64,000 bases of DNA from Pyrinomonadaceae bacterium (GCA_046313635.1 JBKBYA010000001.1:588340-652339), one strand, 5' to 3'; counted from the first letter of the stretch, positions 40,042-53,010 are shown. Notes: a model not told the origin generated them from the letters alone. Program-made: numbers and translations.

Positions 40042-40746
40042 TCAAATTTCTCTCCACTTCTTGCCGCGCTCGACGAGCGAGTCGAGTGAGCTTTGGAGCT
40101 CGGCGAGTTTGGCGTCGATCTCGGGTTCGGACGCGTTGCCGTCGACGTAGATCGGCGGGGCGATGATCACCTTCACACGCGAGAACGGCCGCGGGATCTG
40201 CAGGCGGTCCCAACTTCGGACGGTCCAATACCTTTTGCATTCGACGACGAAGGGCATCATCGGATTGCTGGTCTTTTTTGCGAGAAGAACGGGGCCTTTT
40301 TTTGCGGCGTAGCGAGGCCCGCGTGGGCCGTCGACGGTGAACGCCATTGGAGCTCCGGCGCGCATCAGCCGGATCATTTCGACGAGCGCTCCGACGCCGC
40401 CGCGCGACGACGAGCCGCGCACTACGCCGTAGCCGAGCCGCTGGATGAATCGTGCGATGTATTCGCCGTCGAGGCTTTGCGAGGTGATGACGACGATCTT
40501 TCGGTTGCGAAAAAAGTACGTGCCCGCAAAGATCCGGTCGTGCCAAAAGCAGTAGATCGGCACGCGGCCGTCCGCCGCGATCTGCTCATAGTTGTCCCAG
40601 CCCTCGACCTCGTATCTGAGAGTGCTCCCGATCGCGCGTATCAAAGTGTAAAAGCCGAGGTCGGCCATTCGGATCAGAAGCCGGTCCTTGAGCCGAAAAC
40701 GATCGATCGGCGCGTGGCGATAAACGTTGTCGAGTTCGGAGGGCAC
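40042..40746 (-). CDS. DUF374 / lysophospholipid acyltransferase family protein
   Basis: FWHDR, SQSLDGE, VRGSSSRGG, VDGPRGP, WDRLQIPRPF; start uncertain (GTG 40746). Confidence 0.88.
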   Translation of the reverse strand: MPSELDNVYRHAPIDRFRLKDRLLIRMADLGFYTLIRAIGSTLRYEVEGWDNYEQIAADGRVPIYCFWHDRIFAGTYFFRNRKIVVITSQSLDGEYIARFIQRLGYGVVRGSSSRGGVGALVEMIRLMRAGAPMAFTVDGPRGPRYAAKKGPVLLAKKTSNPMMPFVVECKRYWTVRSWDRLQIPRPFSRVKVIIAPPIYVDGNASEPEIDAKLAELQSSLDSLVERGKKWREI

Positions 40747-40827
40747 AAATAGCAACGGGTCGGGATATAGGTTATTATCTGCAACAGGATGGGGCAAACC
40801 CTCGTACAGCCCTGCGGTAGTCCACGA

Positions 40828-41640
40828 ATGCAGCGACGCATCTTGATAATCGACGATCACAACGACCTTGCCGAGGCGCTGGACGAGGTATTCACGCACA
40901 CCGGGCACGAGGTCGACGTGGTCGTTGACCGCGACTCGGCACTCGCTCTCGACGACATCACCGGGTACGACATCGTCATCACAGACCTCGACGTCGAGCC
41001 GGCCGCCGCCGCGCCGGATGCGAATGGCGACGCTCCGCATTGCCTGCCGCGATTCGACGCTGAGGCCGCGGTCGAGGAACGCATCAAGGCCTTCAAGATC
41101 TGCGCTTCAAACTTTCGCCGCGACGAGCAGTTTGACGAGGACGAACTCAATAGTTTTTTCGCGACGATCCTCGATTACAAGATCCGCTTTGTCGACAGCG
41201 AAGAGAACGTCCGCGACCTGCACGAGAATATCGAGTTCGAGCTGCCGAGCGCCGTCTCGCTGATGCACGTCATCCTCGAATACCTCATGAAGCGCGTCGA
41301 GAAGCTCGGCGTCTGCAAGCCCGACCAAAACAATCTCTACATCGCGCTCGACGAGGCATTCGTCAACGCCGTGAAGCACGGCAACAAGTTCGACGTCGCA
41401 AAGCTCGTCCGCGTCGTCGCCGACATCTCGTCGCGCGAGGCACGTTTTACGATCGAGGACGAGGGCGAGGGCTTTGACGTCAACAACATTCCCGACCCGC
41501 TCGACCCGGCCAACCTCTTCAAACCATCCGGCCGCGGCGTGCTCTTTATCTACAACATCATGGACGAGGTCAAATACAACGACCGCGGCAACCGCCTCAC
41601 AATGGTCAAACGCAGCGAAGCCGAGCCGGTCATCGAATAG
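40828..41640 (+). CDS. REC-like domain plus RsbW-type HATPase (anti-sigma/Ser kinase)
   Basis: ILIIDD...VITDL; ALDEAFVNAVKHGN, DEGEGFD, GRG. Confidence 0.85.
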   Translation: MQRRILIIDDHNDLAEALDEVFTHTGHEVDVVVDRDSALALDDITGYDIVITDLDVEPAAAAPDANGDAPHCLPRFDAEAAVEERIKAFKICASNFRRDEQFDEDELNSFFATILDYKIRFVDSEENVRDLHENIEFELPSAVSLMHVILEYLMKRVEKLGVCKPDQNNLYIALDEAFVNAVKHGNKFDVAKLVRVVADISSREARFTIEDEGEGFDVNNIPDPLDPANLFKPSGRGVLFIYNIMDEVKYNDRGNRLTMVKRSEAEPVIE

Positions 41641-41818
41641 ATCACCGAGTCCGAAGCCCGGCCGTTCGGGGATCAAAAGCAGATCGATCGTTTCCGGATC
41701 TCGCATCTGAAATAACTGGTGGAGAATCGTCAAAATCGCAGACTCGACCGATAATTTTCCGCTCGGCGGCGGGCGACCTCTTGATACGCTTCGCTTGGCC
41801 GGGTGTATTATTTAGCCG

Positions 41819-44316
<2,498 letters not shown>

Positions 44317-44350
44317 GGATCTCGTTGTGGGGTGCATTGAGACCGGTGTC

Positions 44351-44517
44351 GGCTGCGCCGATCTATTTGCGGAAAAGCTCTGCTTTTCCGTCGGCCGACT
44401 CCAACCATTTCCGAGGCTGCGCCTTCGTTTGGCGGCGTAGCCGCCGGAGAGTTTGAGAAGCCAGGCGCGGAAAAGCATAGCTTTTCCGCACATAGACGGG
44501 CAGAGCCCGAAGAAGTT
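44351..44517. repeat. REP family B, two inverted half-copies (REPIN-like)
   Basis: 44351-44390 GGCTGCGCCGATCTATTTGCGGAAAAGCTCTGCTTTTCCG and 44467-44517 GCGGAAAAGCATAGCTTTTCCGCACATAGACGGGCAGAGCCCGAAGAAGTT. Confidence 0.8.
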
Positions 44518-44649
44518 GAACCACGATCGGACCGGCGCGGCGCCCACGGCTGACGGGCGTCCGGGAGTGAGGCCGACAGCCCGTTCCGAATGCAAAAAGA
44601 GACCGCCTTTTCAGACAGCCTCTTCATTCCGACGGGCGAGCTATGCAGT

Positions 44650-45153
44650 TTACTTCTCGGCTTCTTTCAGGTCGTTGACCTTCACGCCCTTAATCTGGAA
44701 TTCGGCTATGAGCTGGCGCCAGTTGTTGTCGCCGGTCTGCATTACCGCAAACTCCTTTTCGGTCTGGATGGTCATCCAGTGCTTTTTCTTTTTGACGAAC
44801 AGGAAGGGCAGAGCAAAGATCACACCTACAAGCAACGCGGTCGCGACAGCACCGCCGCCCGAGAGCATCGGCTTTTTCGAATACGAATGGTCGGCCTGCT
44901 TGATGTCGGCATAGGCAAACTCTTTCGTTTCGCCTTTGAACTCCGCCTTGTCCGGGATGACCGAAACAGTTTTTTCTCCGAAGACGATATCCGCGTCGGT
45001 CATCACGCTCTTGTCGCCCCGCTTGACCGCGAGCTCGACATCGTATCGCTGAGACGTCTGAGCAAATGCCGAAGTGACCGCCAAAACCGAAACCACGATC
45101 AACAGCGTCACGAACCGACGCGCAAAAATACCGAAGTGGGAAATCCTAAACAT
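44650..45153 (-). CDS. hypothetical exported/membrane protein
   Basis: GGAGGA RBS, signal peptide, one internal hydrophobic segment. Confidence 0.7.
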   Translation of the reverse strand: MFRISHFGIFARRFVTLLIVVSVLAVTSAFAQTSQRYDVELAVKRGDKSVMTDADIVFGEKTVSVIPDKAEFKGETKEFAYADIKQADHSYSKKPMLSGGGAVATALLVGVIFALPFLFVKKKKHWMTIQTEKEFAVMQTGDNNWRQLIAEFQIKGVKVNDLKEAEK

Positions 45154-45308
45154 CCAATTTGTCCTCCGAAAGAATAAGTTGCGAGCCGACGAAGTGTATT
45201 CGCTCAACCTGAACAAAGTCAATTCGAAATACCCGTGGTGCCCGTTGGGGAGAGTCGGCGGCCCCGGCGAGGGCGGCCCGACCGGTGAAGGCACTTCGAT
45301 CGAGCATT

Positions 45309-45842
45309 TTACTTCGTCTTTACAGTAAAGACACTCAGGTTCAGATCTTTCAGTTCTTCTTTGCCTTTCGCCTCGTCAAGCAAGGCAAGTTTGGTGCGCG
45401 CCTTCCACATTCCGGCCTTGACTTGCTGCTGGAGGTAATAGGTCTTGCCGGCTTCGACAGTGAGGCGGGCGGCGTCCTGGTTTTCGGATTCCGAGCAGAT
45501 GAAATGCTCGCCCGGATCGAGCGTGATGAAAAAGTAGGTCTTGCCGCGATTGGTGCCTACCCACTTGCCGTCGACGGCGAGCTTTGAGTGGATCTTGTAG
45601 CCGATGATGGTAGTCCGCATCACGTAAACCAGAGCCTTGTCGGCCGGAGCGTCCGGCGTCGGGTGCTGATCTTTTTTTGTCTCGGCGTCGTAATCGACCT
45701 TTTCGGTCCCGCACGCCTTGGTGCGCAAAGCTATCTGTTCGCCCTCGATGTCGGGACGATAAAAGACCTTGTTTTGATCCTGTGCCGCCGCGACGACGGC
45801 GGTCAATAGGAAAGACGAAGTGAGGAGCAGCAAATTTTTCAT
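45309..45842 (-). CDS. DUF2846-like secreted protein
   Basis: DKALVYVMR...YFFITLDPGEH...LTVEAGKTYYL. Confidence 0.78.
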   Translation of the reverse strand: MKNLLLLTSSFLLTAVVAAAQDQNKVFYRPDIEGEQIALRTKACGTEKVDYDAETKKDQHPTPDAPADKALVYVMRTTIIGYKIHSKLAVDGKWVGTNRGKTYFFITLDPGEHFICSESENQDAARLTVEAGKTYYLQQQVKAGMWKARTKLALLDEAKGKEELKDLNLSVFTVKTK

Positions 45843-45937
45843 ATGGTATCGGGAAAATTGAAAGGTAATTTCGGAGAGTACGCGGAATGTTATCACGCCC
45901 TAGGTTAAGGCGTTCAAGCCGCTGGCTGTGGACGCGG

Positions 45938-46357
45938 TCATATATCGTTCAACCAAACGATGGAGACTTCGTCTTCGACCTGCCTGAATTCGGCATCGCC
46001 GGTAACTAAGCTGGCTTTGTTTTGCTTCGCCGCGGCGGCGGCGTAGCAGTCGGCGAGGGAAATGCCGCCCTTGACCTTGAACGCCGCTGCCGTCTTGGTC
46101 AGCGGCCAATCGAGCTCGACAAACTTCACACCGATCTCCCTCAGCAGTTGGATCGTCCGGTCGGCCTCGGCAGCGCCCGCGCGGCGGGCCGAGACGTACC
46201 AGACCTCGCCGGCGTTGACGACGGTCATGAGTATTGGGACACCGTTGTCGTGAGCGTCAGCGATGAGATCGCCGACGAGTTCGGCAGCCGGCTGCTCGTC
46301 CTCGAGAAAAGCGAGCACCGCCCATGAGTCTAGTACGATCGCGCGAGCTTTACGCAT
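45938..46357 (-). CDS. vapC: VapC PIN-domain toxin
   Basis: VLDSWAVLA, NAGEV, SLADC, LVTGD. Confidence 0.92.
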   Translation of the reverse strand: MRKARAIVLDSWAVLAFLEDEQPAAELVGDLIADAHDNGVPILMTVVNAGEVWYVSARRAGAAEADRTIQLLREIGVKFVELDWPLTKTAAAFKVKGGISLADCYAAAAAKQNKASLVTGDAEFRQVEDEVSIVWLNDI

Positions 46358-46365
46358 AAAAGACT

Positions 46366-46638
46366 CTATCGGCGCTTGGCGGGCTTTTTGCGATCGAGCT
46401 CCCTTCGCTCCGATGCTCGCTCGCGTTTTCGTTCATTAACGAGTTCCTTCAGCAGTCCCTTGCCTTTGAGTCGTCCGCGAAGGCTGTGGACGTACTCGCG
46501 GGTGATGGGTTTGAGGATGATCTGAGCGTTGTCTTCGTCAAGTTCGACGCGGATCCGCGTGCCGGATTTTATGCCGAGCTTTTGCCGTATGGAAGAAGGG
46601 ATGACGATCTGCCCCTTTGTAGTAGCCGTTGTCTCCAT
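46366..46638 (-). CDS. vapB: AbrB/MazE/SpoVT-family antitoxin
   Basis: TTKGQIVIPSSIRQKLGIKSG; directly upstream of the PIN toxin. Confidence 0.9.
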   Translation of the reverse strand: METTATTKGQIVIPSSIRQKLGIKSGTRIRVELDEDNAQIILKPITREYVHSLRGRLKGKGLLKELVNERKRERASERRELDRKKPAKRR

Positions 46639-46773
46639 TGTCGTACCTCAGGGCGAGTGTAGCACGAGTACGAAAGGTAAGACAACGGAGGAGCAGTGTA
46701 CATTGGCGCTATTCTTCAGATGTGTCGCGACTTGTTTGCCTCTCGCCGTTGCTCGCCATAGACTTTTAGCTAG

Positions 46774-48438
46774 ATGAAAGTCACCCTCGCGCAGATCAAT
46801 ACGACAAATGGGGATCTTGACGGCAATGTGCAGAAGATCATTGCGGCGATCGCTAAGGCAAAGGCCGACGGGTCGGATGTCGTGGTGTTTCCAGAGGTCG
46901 TGACGCACGGCTATACCTCGCAGGACTGGTTTCAGGACCGCGACATTATCGAGCACGCCGGCGACCCCTTGGATAAGATCATCCCCGAGACGACCGGCAT
47001 CACGGCGATCGTCGGGACGATCCGGCCGAATACCGACGGCGACGGGCCGCGGCTTTATAACTCTGCGGCGGTCATCCGCGACGGCAAGCTGGTCGGCTAT
47101 GCAGACAAGACCCTGCTGCCCGAGTACGACGTGTTTGACGACCCGCGGTACTTCAAGCCGGCGGCGAAACGGCGAATATTCGAGATTGACGGGCACAAGC
47201 TCGGCGTCGTCGTGTGCGAGGACTTTTGGAACGACAAGACCTTTTGGCGCGAGCGGCTGTACGACAACGACCCGGCCGACGAGGTGATCATGCTCGGGGC
47301 GGACGTCGTCATTGCGATCAACGCTTCGCCGTACAACAAGGGCAAGATCAAGCTGCGCGCCGACATGGTCGCGCATCGCGCGCGGCTGCAAAAGAAGCCG
47401 ATCGTTTTCGTCAATCTCGTCGGCGGCAACGACGGCATCGTCTTTGACGGTGCGAGCCTGATCGCCGACGAAGAGGGCGACATCATCCTGCAGGCGCCGG
47501 CATTCGAGGAGTTTGTCGAGACGGTCGAGCTCGACTGCCGCAGGCCGGACGCGCGCGGCATCACGGGAGCCGAGTGCGACGCGATCCGCGGGGCCCTCGT
47601 GCTCGGCATACGCGATTACGCGCGGAAGAATGGTTTTAAGAAAGCGCTGCTCGGCTTGTCGGGCGGCATCGATTCGGCGCTGGTCGCAGCGCTGGCGGCC
47701 GAGGCGCTCGGGCCCGAAAACCTTTTGTGCGTGATGATGCCTTCGCCCTTCTCGTCCGAGGGCAGCATCAAGGATTCAGAAGAGCTGGTCAAAAATCTCG
47801 GCTGCGAGAGCCGCATCGAGCCGATCTCCGATGCGTTCGAGGTTTTGACGCGGCAGCTCAACCTCCACAAGCCGACCCGCGGAGGCGAGAGCCTCGCGGC
47901 CGAAAATCTCCAAAGCCGACTGCGCGGCGTCATCCTGATGGCGATCTCGAACGCCGAAGGGCGACTGCTGCTCTCGACGGGCAACAAGAGCGAGCTCGCC
48001 GTCGGCTACTGCACGCTCTACGGCGACACCAACGGCGGCCTCGCGGTGCTCGGCGACGTGCTCAAGACCGAGGTCTGGGAGATCGCGCGCAACATAAACA
48101 AGACGGCAGGCCGCGAGGTCATCCCGAATGCGATAATCGACAAAAAGCCCTCGGCCGAGCTGGCCCCGAACCAATTCGACCAGGACTCGCTGCCGCCGTA
48201 CGAGCTGATGGACCCGATCCTCAAAATGTACTTTGAGCAAAAGGCCTCGCCGTCCGAGATCGTCGCCGCGGGTCACGACGCCGAGCTCGTCTATTCGATC
48301 CTCAACAAGGTCGAGCACCCGGCGAACGAATTCAAGCGCCGGCAGCTCCCGCCCACGATCATCATCTCGCGCAACGCCATCGGCGTCGGCCGCCGCAGGC
48401 CGATCACGCACAAATACCGACGGTCGGGAAATGCTTGA
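46774..48438 (+). CDS. nadE: glutamine-dependent NAD+ synthetase
   Basis: Nitrilase domain (FPE, DK, VCED) plus LGLSGGIDS, STGNKSE, PSAEL. Confidence 0.96.
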   Translation: MKVTLAQINTTNGDLDGNVQKIIAAIAKAKADGSDVVVFPEVVTHGYTSQDWFQDRDIIEHAGDPLDKIIPETTGITAIVGTIRPNTDGDGPRLYNSAAVIRDGKLVGYADKTLLPEYDVFDDPRYFKPAAKRRIFEIDGHKLGVVVCEDFWNDKTFWRERLYDNDPADEVIMLGADVVIAINASPYNKGKIKLRADMVAHRARLQKKPIVFVNLVGGNDGIVFDGASLIADEEGDIILQAPAFEEFVETVELDCRRPDARGITGAECDAIRGALVLGIRDYARKNGFKKALLGLSGGIDSALVAALAAEALGPENLLCVMMPSPFSSEGSIKDSEELVKNLGCESRIEPISDAFEVLTRQLNLHKPTRGGESLAAENLQSRLRGVILMAISNAEGRLLLSTGNKSELAVGYCTLYGDTNGGLAVLGDVLKTEVWEIARNINKTAGREVIPNAIIDKKPSAELAPNQFDQDSLPPYELMDPILKMYFEQKASPSEIVAAGHDAELVYSILNKVEHPANEFKRRQLPPTIIISRNAIGVGRRRPITHKYRRSGNA

Positions 48439-48464
48439 TCTCTGTGCAGGTCTAGACCGGAGCG

Positions 48465-48536
48465 ACTATCCACTACCAACCATCAACTATCAACTGAATG
48501 ATCCAGTGGATAGTTGATAGTGTGTAGTGGATAGTG
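48465..48536. repeat. inverted heptamer array between convergent genes
   Basis: ACTATCC ACTACCA ACCATCA ACTATCA ACTG ... CAGT GGATAGT TGATAGT GTGTAGT GGATAGT. Confidence 0.8.
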
Positions 48537-48547
48537 TTTGCTCGCTT

Positions 48548-49660
48548 TTATTTTGCGTAGTAGCCCTGTCTTGCTCGCAGCTTGCGGCCGGTCGGGTTTG
48601 TGAGTCCGACGTCGAGCTTGACGAATTTTCCCTGCGGGAATTCGGTCTCCGAGTAGTACTGCACCAGATACTGCGCCCGCAGCTCGTTGGCGAGTTGGCG
48701 AAAGATCTGCTCGAGCGTCGCCTGATTGCGCTTCATATTGTTCGCGTTGGCGTACTCGTCCTTTGTATCGATGGGCAAAAACTTCGGCAGAAAGGCGGTG
48801 CCGCCGGTCTGGTCGGCAAACTTCTGCATATTCTCCTGACCAAACGCGCTCATCTTGTTCAACTGGTACGAGCTGCCAGCCGGATTGATCGAGTAAAAGA
48901 CCGTGTCGGCGTCCTGCAGCGCCTTGAGCACCTTGGCCTGCTCGGCGGTCTTGGCCGCGTCGCGGGCCCGGACGCGAAGCTCGCGCAGCTTTTCGCCCTG
49001 AACGTTGTCGGCGATCTTTCGCTCGGCGTCCCAGATCGCTCTCAGCACGCCCTCGCTGTTGGTGTCCTCGCCGTCAGAGATGATGACGATCACTCGTCGC
49101 GAGCCTTCGGGAGCGCTCCGTCTGAGGTGCTCGGCGGCCGCGCGGAGCGAATCGTAGAACGCGGTCTGCTGCTTTGTGGGTTGAATGGCGCGGATGCTGA
49201 CAATCGATTTTTCGGCCGTATCGCGCGACTGGATGAGTGTCGCTTTTTCACCGACGGTGAAAACGGACGCGCGGTCTTTAGCACGAAGAACATCCTGCAG
49301 AAACTTTGCAGCCGTCTCCTGTTCAAACTTGAACATCGCATCGGTGCTCGCCGAGATGTCAAACAGCAGCGCGATCTCGAGCGGGACCTCTTCGGCATTG
49401 CCGACGTTCTCTATTTTTTGCGCGCGGCCCTCCTCGGCGATGCGAAAATCGTTGGCCGTCAGACCCTGAACCGCAACGCCGTTGGCGTCGGTCACCGACA
49501 CGGGCACGACGACGAGCCGCGACGATACTTTGATGACGCCTTCGTCGTCATTGATATGCGGCGTCGGCTTGGGCGTCGGCGTCTGCGCAAATGCATTGGC
49601 CGAGAGAGCGATAACAAAAGTGAGAGCGGAGAGCAGCGAGGCGGGAAAAAAAGATTTCAT
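48548..49660 (-). CDS. VWA-domain protein (acidobacterial VWFA type)
   Basis: LVVVPVSVTD..G..VQGL..DF, MIDAS DISAS, ISDGED, QTGG, ELRAQY, RARQGYY. Confidence 0.9.
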   Translation of the reverse strand: MKSFFPASLLSALTFVIALSANAFAQTPTPKPTPHINDDEGVIKVSSRLVVVPVSVTDANGVAVQGLTANDFRIAEEGRAQKIENVGNAEEVPLEIALLFDISASTDAMFKFEQETAAKFLQDVLRAKDRASVFTVGEKATLIQSRDTAEKSIVSIRAIQPTKQQTAFYDSLRAAAEHLRRSAPEGSRRVIVIISDGEDTNSEGVLRAIWDAERKIADNVQGEKLRELRVRARDAAKTAEQAKVLKALQDADTVFYSINPAGSSYQLNKMSAFGQENMQKFADQTGGTAFLPKFLPIDTKDEYANANNMKRNQATLEQIFRQLANELRAQYLVQYYSETEFPQGKFVKLDVGLTNPTGRKLRARQGYYAK

Positions 49661-49702
49661 AAACTTCCTTTTGTCGGTTTGATCGCCGCTCGCGCGGCGA
49701 CC

Positions 49703-49760
49703 AAAAATTAGAGGGCAAAATCGGCGAAATGGTTTTAGCCAATTTCGCCGCTTTGCCCTC
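49703..49760 (-). terminator. intrinsic terminator after the OmpA-family gene
   Basis: GAGGGCAAA..CGGCGAAAT/ATTTCGCCG.TTTGCCCTC stem with an upstream A-run on the + strand. Confidence 0.65.
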
Positions 49761-49777
49761 GCCTCTTAACTCAAAAG

Positions 49778-50785
49778 TTACTGCTGGTCGTCGGTGCTCT
49801 GGGTCTGCTTGACCTCGACATTCTGGTTAATGCCGCGGCTGACCAAGAGCTTGACCTCGACGCGACGATTCTGCGCGCGGCCCTCGCGGGTCGTATTGTC
49901 GGCAACAGCCTGGAGCTCGCCAAATCCGTACGACGTACCGATGCGGCGGAGCGGGATGTTGTGATTCTCGACGAGATAGTCGATGACGGCCTGAGCACGA
50001 CGCTGGCTGAGCGCCTTGTTCATCTTGGTGCCGCCCTCACTCGAGGCAAAGCCCGTGATCTCGATGGTGTAGCCCTTCAGGTTCTGCGAGGCCATCGCGA
50101 CCTCGTCGAGCTGGGCCTTGGCCTCAGGCGAGAGGACGGAGCTGCCGACCTTGAAGTTGACGGTCGCCGTCGACTGCACGACATAATCGTCGAGCGCCGA
50201 GATGCGCTGGTTGGTGGCGTTGACGCCCGCTACCGCGGCGTCGGCCGTTTCCTGGGCCGCCTTGGCACCGCCGCGGGCGGCGTTAGAGATGGCCAGGAGC
50301 TCGTCGATCTGTCCCGAGAGACGCTGCGCGTTCTGCTCGGCGACGGTCAGACGCTCCTCGGTCGGCGTGACGCGCGTGTCGATCGACTGTGCGACGCGAA
50401 AGTCGTCCTTGTCAAAGCGGATCTTGGTCGCGGCCAGATTGCCCGACGCGTCGCCGCGGCCCTCGACGGTCATATAGAGACCGCGAACGATCTGATTCGA
50501 GGGGATGCGGTCGCCGCCGCCGAAGAATCCGCCGTTGGTCTTGATGCTGGCGTTCGGGGTGACGACGATACGGGTGTCATTGCCGGTCGTATCGCGGATG
50601 ACGAATGTCGCTTCGTCCTCCTTTGAGACCACGGCACCCTGGATCTTGTACTTCTGACCGCTGGCCAGCGAGCGCACCTGAGTCGAACCGGAGGCCGTCA
50701 TCGACGCATCCTGATTCGACTGAGCGTACGCGCTCGCCGAGCCGATGATGACCGCGAGCAACATTACTGAAAATCTCTTCAACAT
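49778..50785 (-). CDS. OmpA-family peptidoglycan-binding protein
   Basis: AAGGAG RBS, signal peptide, LSQRRAQAV, GFGE, NRRVEV. Confidence 0.92.
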   Translation of the reverse strand: MLKRFSVMLLAVIIGSASAYAQSNQDASMTASGSTQVRSLASGQKYKIQGAVVSKEDEATFVIRDTTGNDTRIVVTPNASIKTNGGFFGGGDRIPSNQIVRGLYMTVEGRGDASGNLAATKIRFDKDDFRVAQSIDTRVTPTEERLTVAEQNAQRLSGQIDELLAISNAARGGAKAAQETADAAVAGVNATNQRISALDDYVVQSTATVNFKVGSSVLSPEAKAQLDEVAMASQNLKGYTIEITGFASSEGGTKMNKALSQRRAQAVIDYLVENHNIPLRRIGTSYGFGELQAVADNTTREGRAQNRRVEVKLLVSRGINQNVEVKQTQSTDDQQ

Positions 50786-51243
50786 AAGCAAACTCCTTCT
50801 TAGTTCAATATAGCTAAATTCAATTTCACGCCTAAAACTAGACGCGAATTGTCGGGAGTCAGTTGTTCCAGAAACCGGCAACTTCTAATTTATTTATTTC
50901 GAAGTCCGTGCCGCTCACAGTGCAGAGCTGCCGTTCGTCTTAACCTGAAACATCCCTCGTCCGTTCGGTGGGAGGCTCTTCAATCACCGTGCCACTTCAA
51001 AGGCATGGCTTTTCAATGTCACGAATCATGCTTAACACGCGCGGGCTGCCGAATGGATGCAAAAAGTTTCCGATCTACCGGTTTTGGCCGGGTGACGCAT
51101 GACGTATGTGGCCCGCGCGGGCCGCAAGCCCAAAACCGATTGTATGCAATCCGTGCGTTATAAGCCTGATCAACGGAAATAAACGGGGAGGAGCAGCGCG
51201 ATTGAAAAATACAGTATTTGCGGCACGAATGCCAGAAATATCA

Positions 51244-51267
51244 AGGGCGGCCTTATCGGGCCGCCCT
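51244..51267 (-). terminator. hairpin after the E2 gene
   Basis: AGGGCGGCC/GGCCGCCCT stem. Confidence 0.55.
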
Positions 51268-51273
51268 CGCGTG

Positions 51274-53010
51274 TCAGAGACTGAACTGGCCGGTCTCGAG
51301 ATTTCGCTTGACGGCCGAGAGGAACTTTTCGGCGTCGGCCCCGTCGACTATGCGGTGATCGTATGTCAGCGAAAAGTACGCCATCTGCCTGATCGCGATA
51401 TAGTCGTCGCCCTCGGGTGAGGTAAAGACCCTCGGCCGCTTTTCGATCACGCCGACGCACATTATCGCGACCTGCGGCTGATTGATGATCGGCGTGCCGT
51501 ATAGACCGCCGAAGACGCCCGGATTGGTGATCGTGAACGTCCCGCCCTGCACCTCGTCGGGACTGAGCTTTTTGGTCCGAGCGCGATCGGCGAGATCGTT
51601 GGCCGCAAGTGCGAGTCCCGAGAGCGAGAGCGTGTCGGCACGCTTGATCACCGGCACGATCAATCCCCAGTCGAGCGCGACGGCCATCCCGAGATTGATG
51701 TCGCCCTTGTAGATTATGTTCTCGCCGTCGACCTGCGCGTTTACGACCGGGAACTGGCGTATCGCGTTCGTCACGGCCTGGAAGATGAACGGCATAAAGG
51801 TCAGCTTCGTCCCGTAACGCGACTGGAGGTCGGCCTTGTGACGATCGCGGAACTTGGCGACGTTGGTCATGTCGATCTCGTAAACGCTGGTCACGTGAGC
51901 CGAGGTCTGCTTGGAGTAGACCATGTGCTCGGCGATCTTTTTGCGCATCACCGACATCTTTTCGACGCGGTCGGCGGCCGATGCCGTGACGGGTGCGGGC
52001 GTGAATTCGACACGCGGCTGCTGTGTCGGAGCGGGCGAGACCGACGGGGCCGTCGGAGCGTCCTTTCGGAGCAGGTCCTGCGGCCTGAGCGCGGCGCCGG
52101 ACTCGATAAAGGACATTATGTCTTTCTTCGTCACGCGGCCGCTGATGCCGCTGCCGGGAATGCGTGTGATGTCGATGCCGTGCTGGCGGGCGATATTGCG
52201 AACGACCGGGCTGCTCTTGATGCGGCGAAGTTCGTCGACCGTCGTCGTGCCGTTGGCGCCCGCGTTGACCGGAGCGGGCGTCGCCGGCGATGCGGACGCG
52301 GCGGCCGCGGCGGGAGCCTGCGGCTTGGGCTCTTCGGTCTGCGGGGAGGCGACGGGCTGCGAGGGCGTCGCCGCAGGTGCCGAGCCTTCGGCGCCGACAC
52401 GTGCCAGCACCGAGCCGACCTCGACGGTCTGGCCCTCGCCGACGAGGATCTCGAGCAGCGTGCCGGCGGCCGGCGACGGCACCTCGGCGTCGACCTTGTC
52501 GGTCGAGATCTCGAGCAGCGGCTCGTCCTTTTCGATCTTTTCGCCGACGGCCTTGAGCCACTTCGAGACCGTGCCCTCGGTGATCGACTCACCCATTTGC
52601 GGCATCACGACGTCGGTGGATGGAGTTGCAGAGCTTGCGGAAGTTGCGGGAGCTGCAGAGGTCGGAGCGGCTGCTGTTGCGGCCGCAGGTTCGGCCGGTT
52701 CGGGCTGCGGAGTAGCTGCCGGCTGACTGGTGACGGCCGACTGCTGACCGCTCGATACCGCAGGCTGTTCGCCTTCGGCGCCGATGACGGCGAGGACGGT
52801 ACCTACCTCGACCGTTTCGCCTTCGTTGTGACGGATCTCGAGCAGCACACCGGCGCCGGGACTCGGCACCTCGGCATCGACCTTGTCGGTCGAGATCTCG
52901 AGGATCGCTTCGTCCTTCTCGACGCGTTCACCGACCTTCTTCAGCCATTTCGAAACGGTGCCTTCGGTGATCGACTCGCCCATCTGGGGCATCACAACTT
53001 CAACGCTCAT
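51274..53010 (-). CDS. sucB: 2-oxoacid dehydrogenase E2 (dihydrolipoamide acyltransferase, SucB-like), two lipoyl domains
   Basis: Two copies of MPQMGESITEG..EISTDKV; E3-binding GSGISGRV; catalytic DHRIVDG. Confidence 0.9.
   Translation of the reverse strand: MSVEVVMPQMGESITEGTVSKWLKKVGERVEKDEAILEISTDKVDAEVPSPGAGVLLEIRHNEGETVEVGTVLAVIGAEGEQPAVSSGQQSAVTSQPAATPQPEPAEPAAATAAAPTSAAPATSASSATPSTDVVMPQMGESITEGTVSKWLKAVGEKIEKDEPLLEISTDKVDAEVPSPAAGTLLEILVGEGQTVEVGSVLARVGAEGSAPAATPSQPVASPQTEEPKPQAPAAAAASASPATPAPVNAGANGTTTVDELRRIKSSPVVRNIARQHGIDITRIPGSGISGRVTKKDIMSFIESGAALRPQDLLRKDAPTAPSVSPAPTQQPRVEFTPAPVTASAADRVEKMSVMRKKIAEHMVYSKQTSAHVTSVYEIDMTNVAKFRDRHKADLQSRYGTKLTFMPFIFQAVTNAIRQFPVVNAQVDGENIIYKGDINLGMAVALDWGLIVPVIKRADTLSLSGLALAANDLADRARTKKLSPDEVQGGTFTITNPGVFGGLYGTPIINQPQVAIMCVGVIEKRPRVFTSPEGDDYIAIRQMAYFSLTYDHRIVDGADAEKFLSAVKRNLETGQFSL

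Noticed and set aside
45938..46638. vapBC pair as a marker of a genomic island or defence system
   Set aside because: No integrase, att sites or other defence genes nearby; an ordinary solitary TA module.
52420..53000. Internal direct repeat in the E2 gene
   Set aside because: Ordinary duplicated lipoyl domains.
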